A stretch of DNA of 64,000 nucleotides from the human T2T-CHM13v2.0 reference genome, Homo sapiens: the NCBI RefSeq assembly GCF_009914755.1, contig NC_060936.1; one strand, 5' to 3'. This document shows, piece by piece, positions 15,968 through 35,625 of this stretch (its first letter is position 1; every line of letters begins with the position of its first letter). The translations under genes were made by a program, and so were the position numbers. The notes under the pieces were generated by a model. That model was not told the origin of the DNA. It did not search any database and saw only the letters and a program-made list of their open reading frames with translations.

Positions 15968-17237
15968 CCATCCTAAACAACAAATTAGAGGCATGCTGTC
16001 CCTGAAATTCTGACTCTGGCCATTTATCCCTTCTTAGTATCAAGTAAATGCTCTTTAGTCAATTTTGGGTAATCAGTTTCTCAATCCCATCATTTCTGTT
16101 TCCTGGTTCACTGTCAGTCATTTTCTTGTGTATGTTAAAGGACAATTAGTGACTCTCTCTACATTATTTAATACTTTCCTGAAAGGTCTCTGCTGTGCTG
16201 ATTGCAAAATGTGTAAACTCTTTCCTTTTTACTCATGCCCTTCTTTTCTTGTCTCTCTTCCCTTGCTATGTTTGTCCTGCATTTGTACCTCCCGTGTATA
16301 GCATTAATCTTGCTGCTGCTGCTGTCCCTGCATATGTTTTCTTCCAGGGGGCTTTCATGTAGTGCAGGTGGGCTCAAGACACTGTACTGACTTATCCCTA
16401 AGACATCACCTCTCTGCACTGCCTACCCATTCCCATCTCTCCCCATACACATATTTATCTCAGGTCCTCCTATTCTATAAGTAAAGATTTCAGGCAACCT
16501 GCTCTTAATGTCATTGATCAATTCCTAATTTAGCTAGATATCAGAAATTGGAGCCTCTTTAAGGCTAAATTCAGTCCATAGACATGTTATATCTGCCCCA
16601 CATTATATTTTAACATCCACAAAAAGATCTAAGTGTCTGCTTTTGCAGCCCTGGACCCAGGTTTACTGCAGCAATCAGCTGGAGATGAGCATACCCTTCA
16701 GCTCACCACAATGCCCAGCCGAGGGCCAGGTGCCATTTATTCTCCCACTGGGCTACTGCCTTCCCATAACTACCCCCCGCACTTTACACTCCACCTGGTC
16801 CCTGGGGGCATTTCAAGTCACCACCTGAGGTCTCCATGATGAGAGAACTTCATATTTAACTAGGAAAACTATATGTGGTCTAGGCAGAGCAAGACTGGCT
16901 TTCTGGGCAAGTGTTACCAGAAAGACCATGAGAAAATTGGAGCTCAAAATTTCCAGATCTTTTACTATTTGAATCATCTTCAGACACAGAACCTACTCTT
17001 TATCTAGAATGTGGCTTATTGAGCTAGAAGTGACATCTCTTAAATACACAGACATTAGGGAAGGATAATGACAGGAAAGGAAGGAAAAGGTGAAGGGAGG
17101 AAGAAACAATATCTATAGAGGACAAGGAGTAATCTCCATATTAGTGATTTCAAAAATAAAGATTCCTTATACTTGCCAAAATGACATGCAAATATATAAT
17201 AAAGCCCACTAAAAATATAGGCTCCGTCCTTTAGGTG

Positions 17238-17553
17238 TTTTTTTGTTTGTTTGTTTGTTTTGTTTTGTTTTTGAGATGGAATCTCACTCTGTTGCCCAGG
17301 CTGGAGTGCAGTGGTGCGATCTTGGCTCACTACAACCTCTGCCTCCTGGATTGGAGCATTCTCCTGCCTCGGCCTCTCGAGTAGTTGGTACAGGTGTGTG
17401 TCACCATACCAGCTAATTTTTGTATTTTTAGTAGAGATAGGGTTTTGCCATGTTGGCCAGGCTGGTCTTGAACTCCTGACCTCAGGTGATCCACCCACCT
17501 CAGCCTCCCAGAGTGCTGGGATTACAGGCGCTCATGAGCCACCGCACCCGGCC
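17238..17553 (-). mobile_element. AluS
   Basis: Full dimer; TSD gtcctttag. Confidence 0.95.
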
Positions 17554-18796
17554 TGTCCTTTAGTTTCAACACATCAAAACAAACCCAGGGATAGATATGG
17601 GCAAACTTACTTTTCTTTCCTTGTTTTTAAATCAAATTTAAGTGAATATTTATATTTACTAGGCACAGAATTAGCATGTCTTTCTACTTTCCACTCATGG
17701 GCCTATGGAAGACATCACTAATAGTTTGGGACATCATTCCAAACTGAATCTCATAAGCCTTTATGTATGACACTGGACAGCCTAACACCCGGAGCTGCCT
17801 AGCGAGATGAAGCTGCTTCTCCCCCTGGCCCTAAGAGCCTTGTGACACCTTCTGAACACTAAGGAACAGCTCCCTAATATGTGTCATAGTGGGGATACAG
17901 TGGAAGGGAACACTGGGTGAAAACTAGCAAGAAATGTAAATTGAGGAAGACAGACAGGTTTTTCCCTGTACCTTTCTGTAAAGGAAAGTTAGATGCTTCC
18001 CAAAGACAGACAGTCAAATCTTTTTTTCCCTTGACATCCCTGATTCATGGAGGTGGCTAGGTTTATGTCTAGTTATACTCAGATAACTAATTGTCTCAAG
18101 TGTCTTAAGTGTCTGGTTGATGGTTGAAAGTAAGCTCTAGGGATAAGCAGTCTCTCAAGGAGTAGATTGTGGGATGGGGAGGCAGAAGGCCACAAAGGTA
18201 CTATAGCTACATCTATGCAATTCATATGATCTCTACCACCTTACACCTCCATGCCCACTCACCCATGAGGCAGGGGGCATTTATATTGAACAGAGACCTA
18301 TCTATAGCTGCAAAGGTTTATCTCAAATATGTACCTTGGCAGACAAAGGCGAAGAGAGACTTCTGGAGGAAGCCATTGTAAAAACACATAACAGAACTCA
18401 CCACTTATTCCTCCTAAGCTTGTCTTGAATGTAGACATGAAAAAGACCAACCCAGCCCTCAGTACTACGTGAGGTTGCTGATACAAATTCAGCTAACACT
18501 TATTATCTTATTATCTGCCTTGCATTGTGGCAGAGGCTTTTTTAATCAATCATCTTACTTAATTCTCAAAACAACCTTATGTGCTAAGTCTTCTTAGAGC
18601 ACATTATTCAGATGGTGATTTTGAGGTTGCCCAGTTAATCAGTAGCACAATTCTCAGCATGTAGCATGTAATCCTGAAATCAGCTTTGAATAGAGGTGAC
18701 CCACTGATGACCAAAGTGTCCCATCAGCTCATAGATAGTCATCTGGGCTCACACAGTTTTTTTAATGTAGTGCTACATTTTAAAATCTGACATATT

Positions 18797-19093
<297 letters not shown>

Positions 19094-21128
19094 TTACATA
19101 TTCCCTTTAAAATATCAGGTTTCCCATTTCTTCTGAAAAGTGGGATGACCCAGCAACATTAGGCCCACATGTTGACAACTAACTGGAGCTAAAGAGAAAA
19201 CAGCTGACTTGATCACACACACACACACACACACACGCACCCCTACATTCTGTGAATGCACACTCAATACATAAAACTGCCTCACTCACTACACAACCAG
19301 CCTGGATCCTGGCCATAGAATATACCTTTGTTCTTTGCTTATCCCGAACTCTAATTTAGTTCATCCTCCACTAATTTCCTACTTGGAGTCAACTGTTCAC
19401 ACTTATTCTCACTTCTTTTCAAAGTCCTCTTCTCTTTAACTAGCACTGTGGGCTTCTAGTCAGCTTCTCACCATGGTCCTTTCTACATTGTTGACACACT
19501 AAGTGGATGCCTCACCCATCTTCCAGCCCTGGAGTCATTGTTCAAAAGAGAAGCAGGATTTTCTGAGAGGTGGCTAAAGTTCAGGAGGCTGTCAAATTCC
19601 TGTGACACTAAAACCAGGAATATAGACTGATGATGGGAGATTAACACTTTCATAGCACCATCAGTTCCTATTTTCCTACAACCACATTCATTGCTATTTA
19701 CCTATTTTTATCAGCCATTTTTGACCCTTCAGACCCAGAAAAGATTGGCAACTAAAATAAGCTATGCAAAAGAAAAATCCAAAGAATACTTTTTCCTCCT
19801 AAATTAGCAGACCCAACATATCTAAATATTAAACACCACCTAAAAACAAGGCAGTATTCAATAAAAATCTCTGCATTTCTTCCCACACTATCTACCCAGC
19901 AGGATGATACAAAAAATTATAAAGAAATAGAGTCCAAAATACAACGCTTGCATAAGTTTTAAAAGCATTGCTTGATATGCAAAGATACTAAAAAACAAAA
20001 GAAAAAATGTGCTATATTAAATGACAAGCAAAAACTTGATCGCTGTATGTTAATTATGTGTTATTCCAAAGAAATACAGGAAGAAAGGCTATAGCTGAAA
20101 GATCAAGAGTTGGCAGAATTGTTTATTGCTAAATTCTCTGTGAAGCAGCCTTATAAATGAGCCTTTCAGTAAATTCATTAACTAGCTGGTCTCAGTCTTA
20201 AACTGTCTGGCAAGGAATTGTGCTTATTGGCTAATAAGGCTAGCAACACCCTAAATGTGTTTGCTCATATACATTAATTCACTCAAAAAGTAATTAACGG
20301 GTCTAAAAGACTCAGTTCTGGGAGTCCTACTGACGTATGTGGTATAGCCATCCCATATTTTCCATGTTAACAAACTCTTTTCCATTGCATCTGGCTGAAG
20401 GCATCGCCTATCCTGGTGTTTATGACTCATGTAGTAGGGCCAAGACTGTTGCTCAAACAAGTTCTGATGGTTGAAACATTAGCCAGCAAGCCCCTTGGCC
20501 TCCCAGAAGCTCTAAGATGTCTTACTGTACCTCTTTCTCTGAATATCCTAAAATGCTGCTAACACTCGTCCCCCTGAACTATTATTGCTTTAACTGTATT
20601 TAAGGATGTTGCCTACAATTAGCTTTGAATATAGCAGTTTAGAGAGCAATATAAAAATGGTGTAAATGGTCAGTGAATGCATGAATGATCAATACATCAG
20701 AAAAGTGAAAAAAAAAAAAACTGGAACTGGTTAAAAGTTTTCAAAATAATTATTTCATAGGAACATTAATGAATACTTCATCTGGTCTCATGAAAAAGGA
20801 GTCAAGATCAAACAAAAGGAGTGTCTAATTATTAAACAACTATTTTTCTATGTTAGTGGAAACAAATCAAACTCTCAAACAATATGAAAACTATTTGTAT
20901 ACCTTTGGGAATATATATAAAAAAAATATGTGATGGATTCAGCTATGAAACAATGCTTTGTCTAACTGCCTGGTTACATGGTGCCTGAATAGAGGGTGAG
21001 GATGAGGAAAGAGATGACAAATCCACAGGAAATGATGAAAGAAATTCAGCCCAGGATTTGAAAATTACAATAAGTAATCTGCAATGCAGATAATCTACAT
21101 AAAGAGTAAAGACAAATCACTGAAAACA

Positions 21129-21483
<355 letters not shown>

Positions 21484-22063
21484 TCAGATTCCGCTATGGC
21501 AAAGAGTTTGCCAAAAGTTATACTTTTGACCACAGTATTAGAATAGGAAGGAAGTAATACTGAAGACAAAATTCACTAAAATATTTTGGTTTCAGTTGGA
21601 ACAAAAACATTCTCCTTTAAGGAACTGGTATTGTGGAGACTTGATGATATTCTAGGAAATGAAATGAGATAATGTTTTCGAAATAGCCCCACGATAATGT
21701 CAATGAGTAATTTCAGTTCTTATCACCATATGATGTGGTTAGTGAGCAGTACTGATACGGAGGGGAAAAAAAAGGTGTCAGAATGTTAAAAAAAAAAAAA
21801 AAAAAAAAAAGCCTCCCTCTCTCAGGAAAACAGCAATCAACAGCTACTGCTGCTGGACAAAAACCTAACACTTCTCAGTCATGGGGGAAAAATGTCTGAA
21901 AATGAGTTTCACTGTTTCTCAGCAAATGTTGGCTTAAATATCTTGGCTGTGCCCATCAGAATACCTATGCCCAGCTTCATAATCATAAAGAAAACAGGAT
22001 TCCAGGTCATTTGTGCTACAAGAGACTCAAAAGGTCATTTGGCCCATGTCCAAATTGACACTA

Positions 22064-22570
<507 letters not shown>

Positions 22571-22756
22571 TCACCTCCCATTTACTTCTCACATAGTGTA
22601 ACTGTCTCTGGGACACTTTTTATCCCTGCCTATTTCAGAGGTTTCAAATTTTCTTCAATGGTTCCTCTTGCCCCCAGGCCAGAGGTAGGGGCTCCCTTGG
22701 CTCAGCTTCTATAGCAACCTCCTCATACCTGTGTCACAGACAGTATTTATTATCTT

Positions 22757-23108
<352 letters not shown>

Positions 23109-23869
23109 TGACTTCTTGGAAACAGTGATTTTGTCTTATTTATCTTTGTGAATGCCATTACACCCAGCCCATAGTGAAGATCAATAACTGTTTACTGAAT
23201 AAATAAATAAATGTTACAAACTTTTGATCCTCTGAATGCTGGGAAAAAGGAGACAGCCAAAGTAACATGATGACACAGGATAATATATCTAGGCTATCTA
23301 AATATTTTTCAAGCAACAAAAGATCCCAATTTGGTGCTACACAATTTTTGCAATTAAAAAAAATCATGAAAGAAACTGCTAACTCTCAGACAGCAAATTA
23401 TGCCCATTGCTTAAAATTCAATTAGCCTCTGCCTTTCCTCTTACTAGCCTCTCTGCCCCAAATGCCCCCTCTACAATTTATTCCCTGCCACCCATGTTCA
23501 AGGCTCAGCTCCTACATCAGTCCTCCACAGGACTTTCCTTGACCCCTTTGCAGATCCCAGTGTCCTTTATCATACCCTCCTCTGAGGTCTCACAGCATTT
23601 TATCTCTACCTCTCTTATTTGCCTCTTTACTGCTTGCATTTTACTTATTAGATATTTTATCTCCCCTGCCTCACTGAGCAACTTAAGAGAAGGGTTTCTA
23701 TATACTCTGAAGATGCCTAACATAGCACCTTGCCCAAGGCAGAGCCTTAGTAAACAGTTTTCCAATTGCTAAAACAGGAAGTTCAGATTCCTTTCTTAAA
23801 GGCAGTAAGACACAAACAAATCATCATCTGCAAAATGAAGAGGAAGTCCTTTCCAGCTGGGACATTCCA

Positions 23870-25500
23870 TGACCTGGGGAGCCAGGTCTGAACACTGGCC
23901 AGGACCACAGATACATCAATAGGTAAAGGACAGAGTAAAGCAGTGAGCATGGCCTATCATGAGAGATGTTTCGAGGCAGATAGATAAGGAGAGCACCTAA
24001 CTTGGACCGGGGATTAGAGAGGAATTTCTAGTAGAGGTGACCCCCCTTTGACCTTAGCTAGAAGGTTGAGTTAAACAAAGGAAAGGAAGAACATTCTAAT
24101 TGGAGCAGGCAGCATGGGCACAGGCTTAAGAAAATAGACCCTTTTCGGAAATGCAAGGAGTTGGGTTGTAGGAAAGGAGATGGGGAATGGCTGAAGAAGA
24201 TGAAGAGGTAAGACTTCCCCAAGTAAAAAGAGCTTTATATATTCGCTCCCACACTTCTTTGTTTCACTGGAGGAATGGAAAGCTATTGGAGGGTTTCTTG
24301 CAGCATGGTAACCTGATTGCTCGGGGAGTAGTGTGGGAAGAAGATCAAAGGATCCTATATAGGAGGGAGAATGCCCTGTCATGGCCATTGCAGCAATCTA
24401 TGTAAAATATGAGGAGCTTTGGGGAGGAGAACATGAAAAGAGAGTAATGTTAAGATTAATATCACTTGGTGGTTCATTAGACATGGGAGTAAAGATAGCA
24501 AGGAGACAGAGGAAGGCATCAAAGATAATTACCAAATTTCTGGCTCAGGCAACTAGGTAGACAGGGCTATCATTCACAGAGATAGACAATGCAGGAAGGA
24601 GAATAAATTAAGTGGGAAGGATCCATCTTTAGCTATGTTGAGTCTGAGTTGTCCAAGGAACATTAAATGTTTGTCCAATAGGCAATGGGTTACAGAGGTC
24701 CAGTTCACACTAGAAAGATTTCAGAGCCATTCATAGGAATAGATGAGATCATGCAGGGAAATGGTATAGAACTCACAAAATACTTAAGGCAGAAAGAGGA
24801 AGAAAAACCTTCAAAGAAATTGTGAAGTTGCCATCAGAGAGGTAGGAGAAAAACCAAGACAGGCCAAAGCTAGAGAATGTTTCAAGAACCAGTGCATGGC
24901 CAACACTGCAAAACACGGCAGAGATTTCAAATGAGATAAAGACTCAAAGGATGCCCACTGCATTTAGCCCAGAGGAGGTTTTTGGGGAGCTTGGAAAGCA
25001 AAGCACTATTTCTGAGGAGTGACAGAAACCAAAGCCAGGCAGTGGATTAGGGAGTACATGGAAGTTAAGAAAGTAGAAAAAAAATGAATTTAGAGAATTT
25101 TATAGAAGTTTGGCTTTGAAAGGAAGATGAGAGATGGAACCAAAATTAGAATGATACACAGGCCTGAAAATCTGCGGGTATAGGTGTATGTCAGTGCTGG
25201 GGGACTATTACTTGGTTGGTTAGTTTGTTTGTATAGTTGAGAGAGCCTTGAACATGTTTATATACTGACAGGAAAAAGTCAGGGGGAGATAAAGATGCCA
25301 AAAAGGGAGGATTAAAAAATGAAATGCACTCCCTAAGTAAGGAGGGAACCAGGGCACTGATGGAAGAATTAGCCTTAGATGGGAGTAAGAGACTACTTTC
25401 CTTAGAGACTAGCAGAGGAGGGAATGATGTATGCAGATGTTAATCAGGTTACAGACAGAAGGGCAGGGAGTTAAGGGACTCTTCCCATAAATACTGATCA
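23870..25500 (-). mobile_element. Degenerate L2 fragments
   Basis: Purine-rich sequence typical of antisense L2; boundaries approximate. Confidence 0.55.
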
Positions 25501-26714
25501 GCTGTCAAGAATGAGAGTTGGTCATAGTAACGCAGTAACGGTTTCAAAAAGCAGACATGAGACCCTGTGTGTACACATACACACACACACACACATACAC
25601 ACACAGAGCAAGAAAAAAGAGAAAAGGAGGGGGAAACTTTACTTTAAAAAACTTAACAGACATGTCAACCCATCACAATAACATGTGCTTCATTTGGATC
25701 ATGATTCAAACAGACTTTAAAAAATCAAAAGGCAATTTGGGAAATAAGAAAATTGCCTGCAGGTCTGCTGGTGTTAGGAAATTACTGTTAACTTTTTTGT
25801 TTAGATAATGCTGTTGTGGTTAATTTTTTAAGTGCCCTCATCTTTTAGACTACGCACAATATTTACAGATAAAATAATATGGTGTCAAGGATTTGTTTTA
25901 AAGCAATCTGGGGGTAGGATAAAGGCCCTAAATTAAACAAGATTGGCTGTAAGCTGAGTGATAGATATATAAAAGTTTATCAGACTATTCTCTCTTTTAT
26001 ATATATCTGAATTTTTCCATAATAAAAATTTTTAAACCAAAAATATATATTTTTATAAGCCAGAAGAAAAAGCAATGAAATCATGGGAAATGAAAGAAAG
26101 ATACAACTGAAAGCATACAGAAAGATTACGGTGAAGCATTGTAAGTCTGGCTAAAGATGAAGACAATAAATTTGTTGTGACAAAGTCAAGTGACTTTTTT
26201 TCCTAGCAGCATTCAGAAGCCTTGATGTGAAAGCGAAAAAGCTGCATTGGTACAGAGTACAGATCTTAAAGGATATGACCACAGAAAAAGATGCAAAGGA
26301 TATGATGGTATTAACCAGGGACAAATTCAAGCAGTAAGCCAGCATCCTGTTTAGACTGGATAGGAAGAGAAGGAAAACACGGAAGCGACTGATAGACTCA
26401 AAGAAAAATGAAACTCGCCATCCTGCATAGCTGGAAAATGGGGGTGAGAAAGCTGGGAGGATGGGAGGCTGTGGGTAGCAAGCCAGTCTTTAGAGTTTAA
26501 GATGTCAGTTCTGACTGATGACAAGGTCAAGTGTAATTGTAAATGCCTATGAAGTGCCTATGTGAAAGGATGGCTGAAGTGGAAAGGAGGTGAAAGTCAA
26601 ACAAAATTAAGAAGGTTATGAAATTGTGAGATGGCTGCTGGATGGGTGCTAACAGAACCCTAAAATGTCCCATAATGATGATGATAGGTTATAAATTCCA
26701 TAAAGACAAGCATT

Positions 26715-26733
26715 GTGTCTGTCTGTCTCTCTG

Positions 26734-26780
<47 letters not shown>
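26715..26780. repeat. (TC)n/(TGTC)n microsatellite
   Basis: Direct observation. Confidence 0.95.
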
Positions 26781-26826
26781 AAACATATGCCCAGCATCTG
26801 GTACAGTACTTGGCATAGAGAAGATA

Positions 26827-27091
26827 TTTTTATTTAATTTTATTTATTTATGTACTTATTTGAGGCAGGGTCTCACTCTGTCACCCAAGCTAGATGGAGT
26901 ACAGTGGCACATTCATAGCTTACTGCTAGCCTCCTGAGTAGCAAGGACTACAGGTGCACTTTACCACACCCAGCTAATTTATTTTAATTTTAATTTTTGT
27001 AGAGATATCTGCAGCCTCTGGGCTCAAGCAATGCGCCAATCTTGTCCTCCCAAGGTGCCAGGATAATAGCTGTGAGCCACTGCACCCAGCC
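26827..27091 (-). mobile_element. AluJ with internal deletions
   Basis: Degenerate antisense Alu. Confidence 0.85.
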
Positions 27092-27320
27092 ACGAAGATG
27101 TTTATAAAATATTTGGAGAATGCATGGTGTACGTGGGAGGACTAAGTAATTCTTTAATTTCAAATTTCCATTCACCATCAGTTAGTTGATGAGTTTGGGA
27201 GCAAGAGGAAGGGTTGAAAAGAACAAGTGAATGAATATGCACCAAAGCATATTCGGAAAGCAAAAGAAATATTAAAGGAATAAAAAGTAGAACGTATGAG
27301 ACAAACTCAAAGGAGTTCAC

Positions 27321-27621
27321 TTTTTTTTTTTTTTTTTTTGAGACAGAGTCTCGCTCTGTCACCTAGGCTGGAGTGCAGTGGCGCGATCTCCACTCACTGC
27401 AACCTCCGCCTCCCGGGTTCAAGCAATTCTCTGCCTCAGCCTCCCGAGTAACTGGGATTACAGGCACCCACCACCACGCCCGGCTAATTTTTTTGTTATT
27501 TTTAGTAGAGATGTGGTTTCACCATCTTGGCCAGGCTGGTCTTGAACTCCTGACCTCATGATTCACCTGCCTCAGCCTCCCAAAGTGCTGGGATTACAGG
27601 CATGAGCCACCACGCCTGGCC
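27321..27621 (-). mobile_element. AluS
   Basis: Full dimer; TSD aggagttcacttt. Confidence 0.95.
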
Positions 27622-28070
27622 AGGAGTTCACTTTAATATTGGTTTGTACCCAAACTACTGTACAAGCTGTGACTAGATTAATAATTGTCTTTGAGTGCAG
27701 GAGAGTTATTTTAAGGAGGTGAAAACAAGAGAAGATTGTTTGCCTAGTGCCCTGGCCGGATGCTGTTTTGCTGGGAAGACGGAGCCAGGTCTAAATGGGA
27801 TTGTTCTGGATCACACCAGCCTGAGGTCATCTCTGGTTCAGAAGCTGATGGGCAGGGCAAGGAATCCTGGCCTCTAGGAAACCCTTTAACTGTGTAGTTA
27901 GATAAAATAAACTCCTCACCCTGCATTCGTCTGCCTGCCCAGGAGTCTCTAGAACAAACCTGAATTTTTGAGAATCTAGTAGGCTCTTGTAACCGAAAAC
28001 ATAAACCACCACCATTTCTTCATCAACCCAGAAAACAGTGAGAGATTAAGTGGTTTAAATTGAAGAAGTG

Positions 28071-30754
<2,684 letters not shown>

Positions 30755-32966
30755 TAAATTGAAGAAGTGATTCAGAAAAGGCGTAAAGAAGAACCTTAAA
30801 ATCAAAAAAGGATTAGACATTAAATCAGGTTACAGATGAAATTCTTGTTAATGACAATCTCAAATATTGGACAACCTTATGTTTTACATAAATTCTCACA
30901 TCACTATCACAGCAGCACAAGGATCCAGGTATTATGATTCCCATCTATAAGTGAGGAAATAGACTTAAGATTAAATGACTTGCCCAAGAGTATGCACCAA
31001 GCCAGGTCTAGCTGACACTAAAGCACGCACTCCTAACCTCTCCACTAAGCTGCTTTGTTGAACTCTGTGAAGGAAATCATAGGATGTAAATATAGCTCCA
31101 TCTAGACAGACAAGAAGACATGAGATACCAGTGGTGGGATGTCTGAGATTCTGAGGAGTTAGAAATGAAGGAGAGGAAATTTTTATACCCTCTCTCTGGT
31201 CCCTGGTCTTATATTTATGAAATTCCTACTTTCAGCAAAGAAAAAAGTCTGAATGGGGGACCTGCTAAGAGCAGAGAAAATCCCCCCAGGGATCATTTTA
31301 GGCCACTGCTTATAAAAGAACAAAAATAAAATGGGAGGAACTCCAGAACCAAAGTCCTAGAGTCCCTATTTGCTTGTGAATGAAAGAGACTAGTATGTAA
31401 ATAAGAGCTTTGCATAAGCCAGACATTCTTTCAAGTCCAGTTTATCTGCAGTATGAGTCACTTCCTTTTTAAAAGCAAGAACTAAAAGAGAAAGAGGCAC
31501 ATAGTCATTACCCAGCACAAACCTTCTTAACAGACCTTTTCTTCCTATTCAAATTGCAAGAAGGTAAAAGACTCTTGCTCTAACAAAACAGCAACATCAT
31601 TTTGCATATAGTGTATACACTGTTTGGCCAGTTAATACCCTCCTTCAGCAGAGGGAAATGAACAAGTGAGATTAACAGGCAGATGAGATGATACAAAGCA
31701 AGCACAGGTCCAGCCAGGGTTAACCTGACACAAAGGAATCTGAATAACAAGAAGCCTTTGAATGACTCAGGTAAGGTTTATCTCCTCCAAAAGGAAGTTA
31801 ACACCATGTTACTCACAGTAGCAAAATTACTCATGAACTTTGGAGGAAGTCTCAGAGAAGGCTATGGTCAGAAAATGGAAAAGGAAACAAGCCACAGGCT
31901 CATCTTCAGATGAGGACTCTGCACAGGGCTTGACCTTTCAATCGAAGAACAACCACAGTAGTATTCTGAGATGGCCAAGTGTATGGGAAAGTGACTGCTT
32001 CTCTCCCACTCCAATGTCTACTGTAAGTCTTGTTCAGCCCCGAGACAGATTTACCAGAGCTGATTCATTTTGCAGGAGTTGAAGACTAAATTTGAAGAGT
32101 AAAGTAGGAAGGAAGAGAGCAGGTACGTAGAAACCGAAGGACATTCCTATTACCTTGGGAGCTCTAGAGGCCTGATTCATCCTTTCTCTAAGCCCTTCAT
32201 ATGAAACTATGTCCGGCAAAGTCTCAGACTCACCCAACCCTTCCCATGTCCACATTCACAGCTAACAGGAGCCACCAGCACCAAAGTTTAAAGGCCTTGG
32301 GAGGCCTGACATAATACAACAATATTTTATTGAGTACCTACTATGTGCTAAGCACTGTGCTAGGTGCCAAGGTTACAACCATAAGCAAAATAATAGATCA
32401 TTTTCCATTCTCTGGGTGCTACAGTTCAATGGGAGACACTGACAGAGTGGTGCTTCCAATGCCAATGCTAAATGCTCTAATGTGGGTGGAGGAGGTGGAA
32501 CAGGTTATTCTGAGAGCTCAAGGAAGGGCGAAGGGGACAATCTTCTCAGGAAATAGTGTCCTCCAAGCTGAGACCTAAAGGATGAAGTGGAAGCAAAGAA
32601 AAGACTTCCAGAAGGGGAGACTCAAGAGAAAGCCGGAGCTTTGACTCTGGGTATACAGAAAAACTGGAATGCCTTAGATCCATCTCATACAAGAAAGGAA
32701 ACCGTGTCACCTCAGAATGGAGTGTTTTTCTCTTTTTAGTGTTTTATTAAGTAATCCTCCTCATGGGTTGTGAGGAAAACCCTACCCAGGAAGCAGCAGT
32801 CTTTTGCTCTCTCAACAAGAATTTTCCCTAACTTTGCTTATCTGGTAATTGGTGAATCTGAAGATTGTTCTTATCTGATAAGATTTCAGAGTATTAGGAA
32901 GACATTCCAATTCTTCCTGACTTTATCAAAAATGTTTTTGAATGTACTGTTAAGACTAGATACGTG

Positions 32967-33264
<298 letters not shown>

Positions 33265-33277
33265 CTACACATATGAT

Positions 33278-33580
<303 letters not shown>

Positions 33581-33792
33581 CTAGATATGTGATTATCACA
33601 TGCACAAAATAAATAAATTTAAAAGCACATATATAGGCACATGGAAACAAAGTTAAAAACAGAGTCGTAGGACAACATAGGTGAAATTCTAAAAATAATA
33701 ACAACAAACATTTATTGAATGCTTGTCCTGTATCATCTACATTTTCTAATTTTTTTATATATGTTATGTCAATTACTGCAATTTACATAGTA

Positions 33793-34053
33793 CAGTTAAC
33801 CCTTGAACAACACGGGTTTGAATCCTGCAGGTACATTTATGTGCAAATTCTTGTCAATAAATATGCTTGGCCCTCCATATCAGGTTATGTATCTGCAACC
33901 AAACAGTATTTGTGGGATGCAAATATGGAGGGACAGCCAGCTTTTCTTACCCACAGTTCTGCAGGGCCCACTGCAGATCTTAAGCATGCATGGATTTTGG
34001 TATCCACAGGCAGTCTTGGAATCAATTTTCCTGTGAATACCAAGGCAAGACTA
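33793..34053. mobile_element. Tigger2a/MER8-type MITE
   Basis: ta|cagttaacccttgaacaacacgggtttgaa terminus. Confidence 0.75.
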
Positions 34054-34408
34054 TTATAGGTTCTACTGATATCTCTATTTTACATATGGGTTAACTAAGG
34101 CACAGAGAGTTTAAGCAACTTGCCCAAGATCATACAGCTAGTGTAGAATCAGGATTTGAACTCAGAGTCCATGAGTTTATCTGCAAAGAAAGCCAATCAG
34201 GGCAAAGATACCGGCCAGTTCTATGTGGGCTGGAGCTAAACTGAAAGTCTCTCTATCTACCAAGTATCTTAAGCAACACAAACTGTACCTGTTCCACCTG
34301 TTAAATCCTGAAGGCTGAAAACTCCTGAAATGTCCAGATCCCTTCCCAAATTCCTTGAACTATGTTATTTCCTTTGGGAACCCCTACATTCTTTCATAAA
34401 AAAGAACA

Positions 34409-34720
34409 GGTCTGATGTGGTGACTCACATCTGTAACCCCAGCACTTTGAGAGGTCAAGGCTGGAAGACTGCTTGAGGCCAGGAGTTTGAAACCAGCCTG
34501 AGCACCATAGCGAGGCCCAGTTTCCACAAGAAACGAAATTATTTTAATTAGCTGAGCATGGTCACACATGCCTATGTCCCACCTACTCAGGAAGCTGAGG
34601 TGGAAAGATCACTTGAGCCCAGGAGTTTAAGGCTGCAGTGAGCCATGATCCTGTCACTGTGCTCCAGCCTGGGCAACAGAGCGAGACCCTGTCTCTATTT
34701 AAAAAAAAAAAAGTAAGAAA
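34409..34720 (+). mobile_element. AluJ
   Basis: Diverged dimer with A-tail. Confidence 0.9.
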
Positions 34721-34903
34721 AGAATAATTTTTGGTCACTGGAACTGTTGCTTCAGGATGACCATGATTACGTTAGATTCATCAAGTTCTTCACACAAAAC
34801 ATGTTAAGTTTGCTTTTCTGAGGAACATTCAAAATAATTTTAAGTGAATACTAAATCTTTACTTGAAGGAATTAAGGCAGCTAGTTGTAATGTGGGAAAG
34901 TCA

Positions 34904-34951
34904 TCTAAATAATTTGTGTACTACTCAATTCTAAATAATTTGTGTACTACT
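34904..34951. repeat. 22-bp direct duplication, period 26
   Basis: tctaaataatttgtgtactact x2. Confidence 0.95.
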
Positions 34952-35625
34952 TGAAAGAATGACTTTAAAAAGAAACTTAAAATATTTTTTCCCTTTGGTA
35001 AAAACTGTTCTAAGTTGAAGATTTATTTGACTACTCACAGTAAAATGGTGCCTGTAACTTTTTAAAATTTTTTTGAGATGCCAGTTACAGGCCATTTTGT
35101 ACAGGTCATGCTGCTATGTGAACAAAATGCTGAAATGTCTAAAGTGGTAAGAATTTTAATTTGTCTGTATCATTTTATTTTCAAATTTAGTGCCATTTTG
35201 CTAATTAAAAAAAATAATCTGGGGGAATGTTTTTAAGAATATTTATCTGCTTTGGGTTGCAAATAACAGAAATTCCTTCCTCAAAGTTGCTCAGCAGAAG
35301 AGAAACAGGTGCTTCTCTGGCTAATAGTAGCATCTAGCCTTGTAGATTGACTCTGACTGAGCCCTTGCAGATCTTTAATTTTTTCTGTATATTCAGCTAG
35401 AAATACACATTGCCACTATAACAGTCATTTTAAAAAACAAAAATAAAAAACCTGACCACCTGACCAACTCTCTTGTTCTAAGAGTTGATAGCTCACAGAT
35501 CATTTCCATTTTCCCCAAATAAATCAAAGCTGGATGAGATGTGCTCAGAAAAGGACTTTGTAAACACTGCTTATTTGAAATAACTGAGCCTCTGTGATAA
35601 CATTTAATAATACCTGCAGAGAACT

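Noticed and set aside
31450-31770. AP-1 sites (tgagtca, tgactca) as an enhancer
   Set aside because: 7-mers occur several times by chance; no further support from sequence alone.
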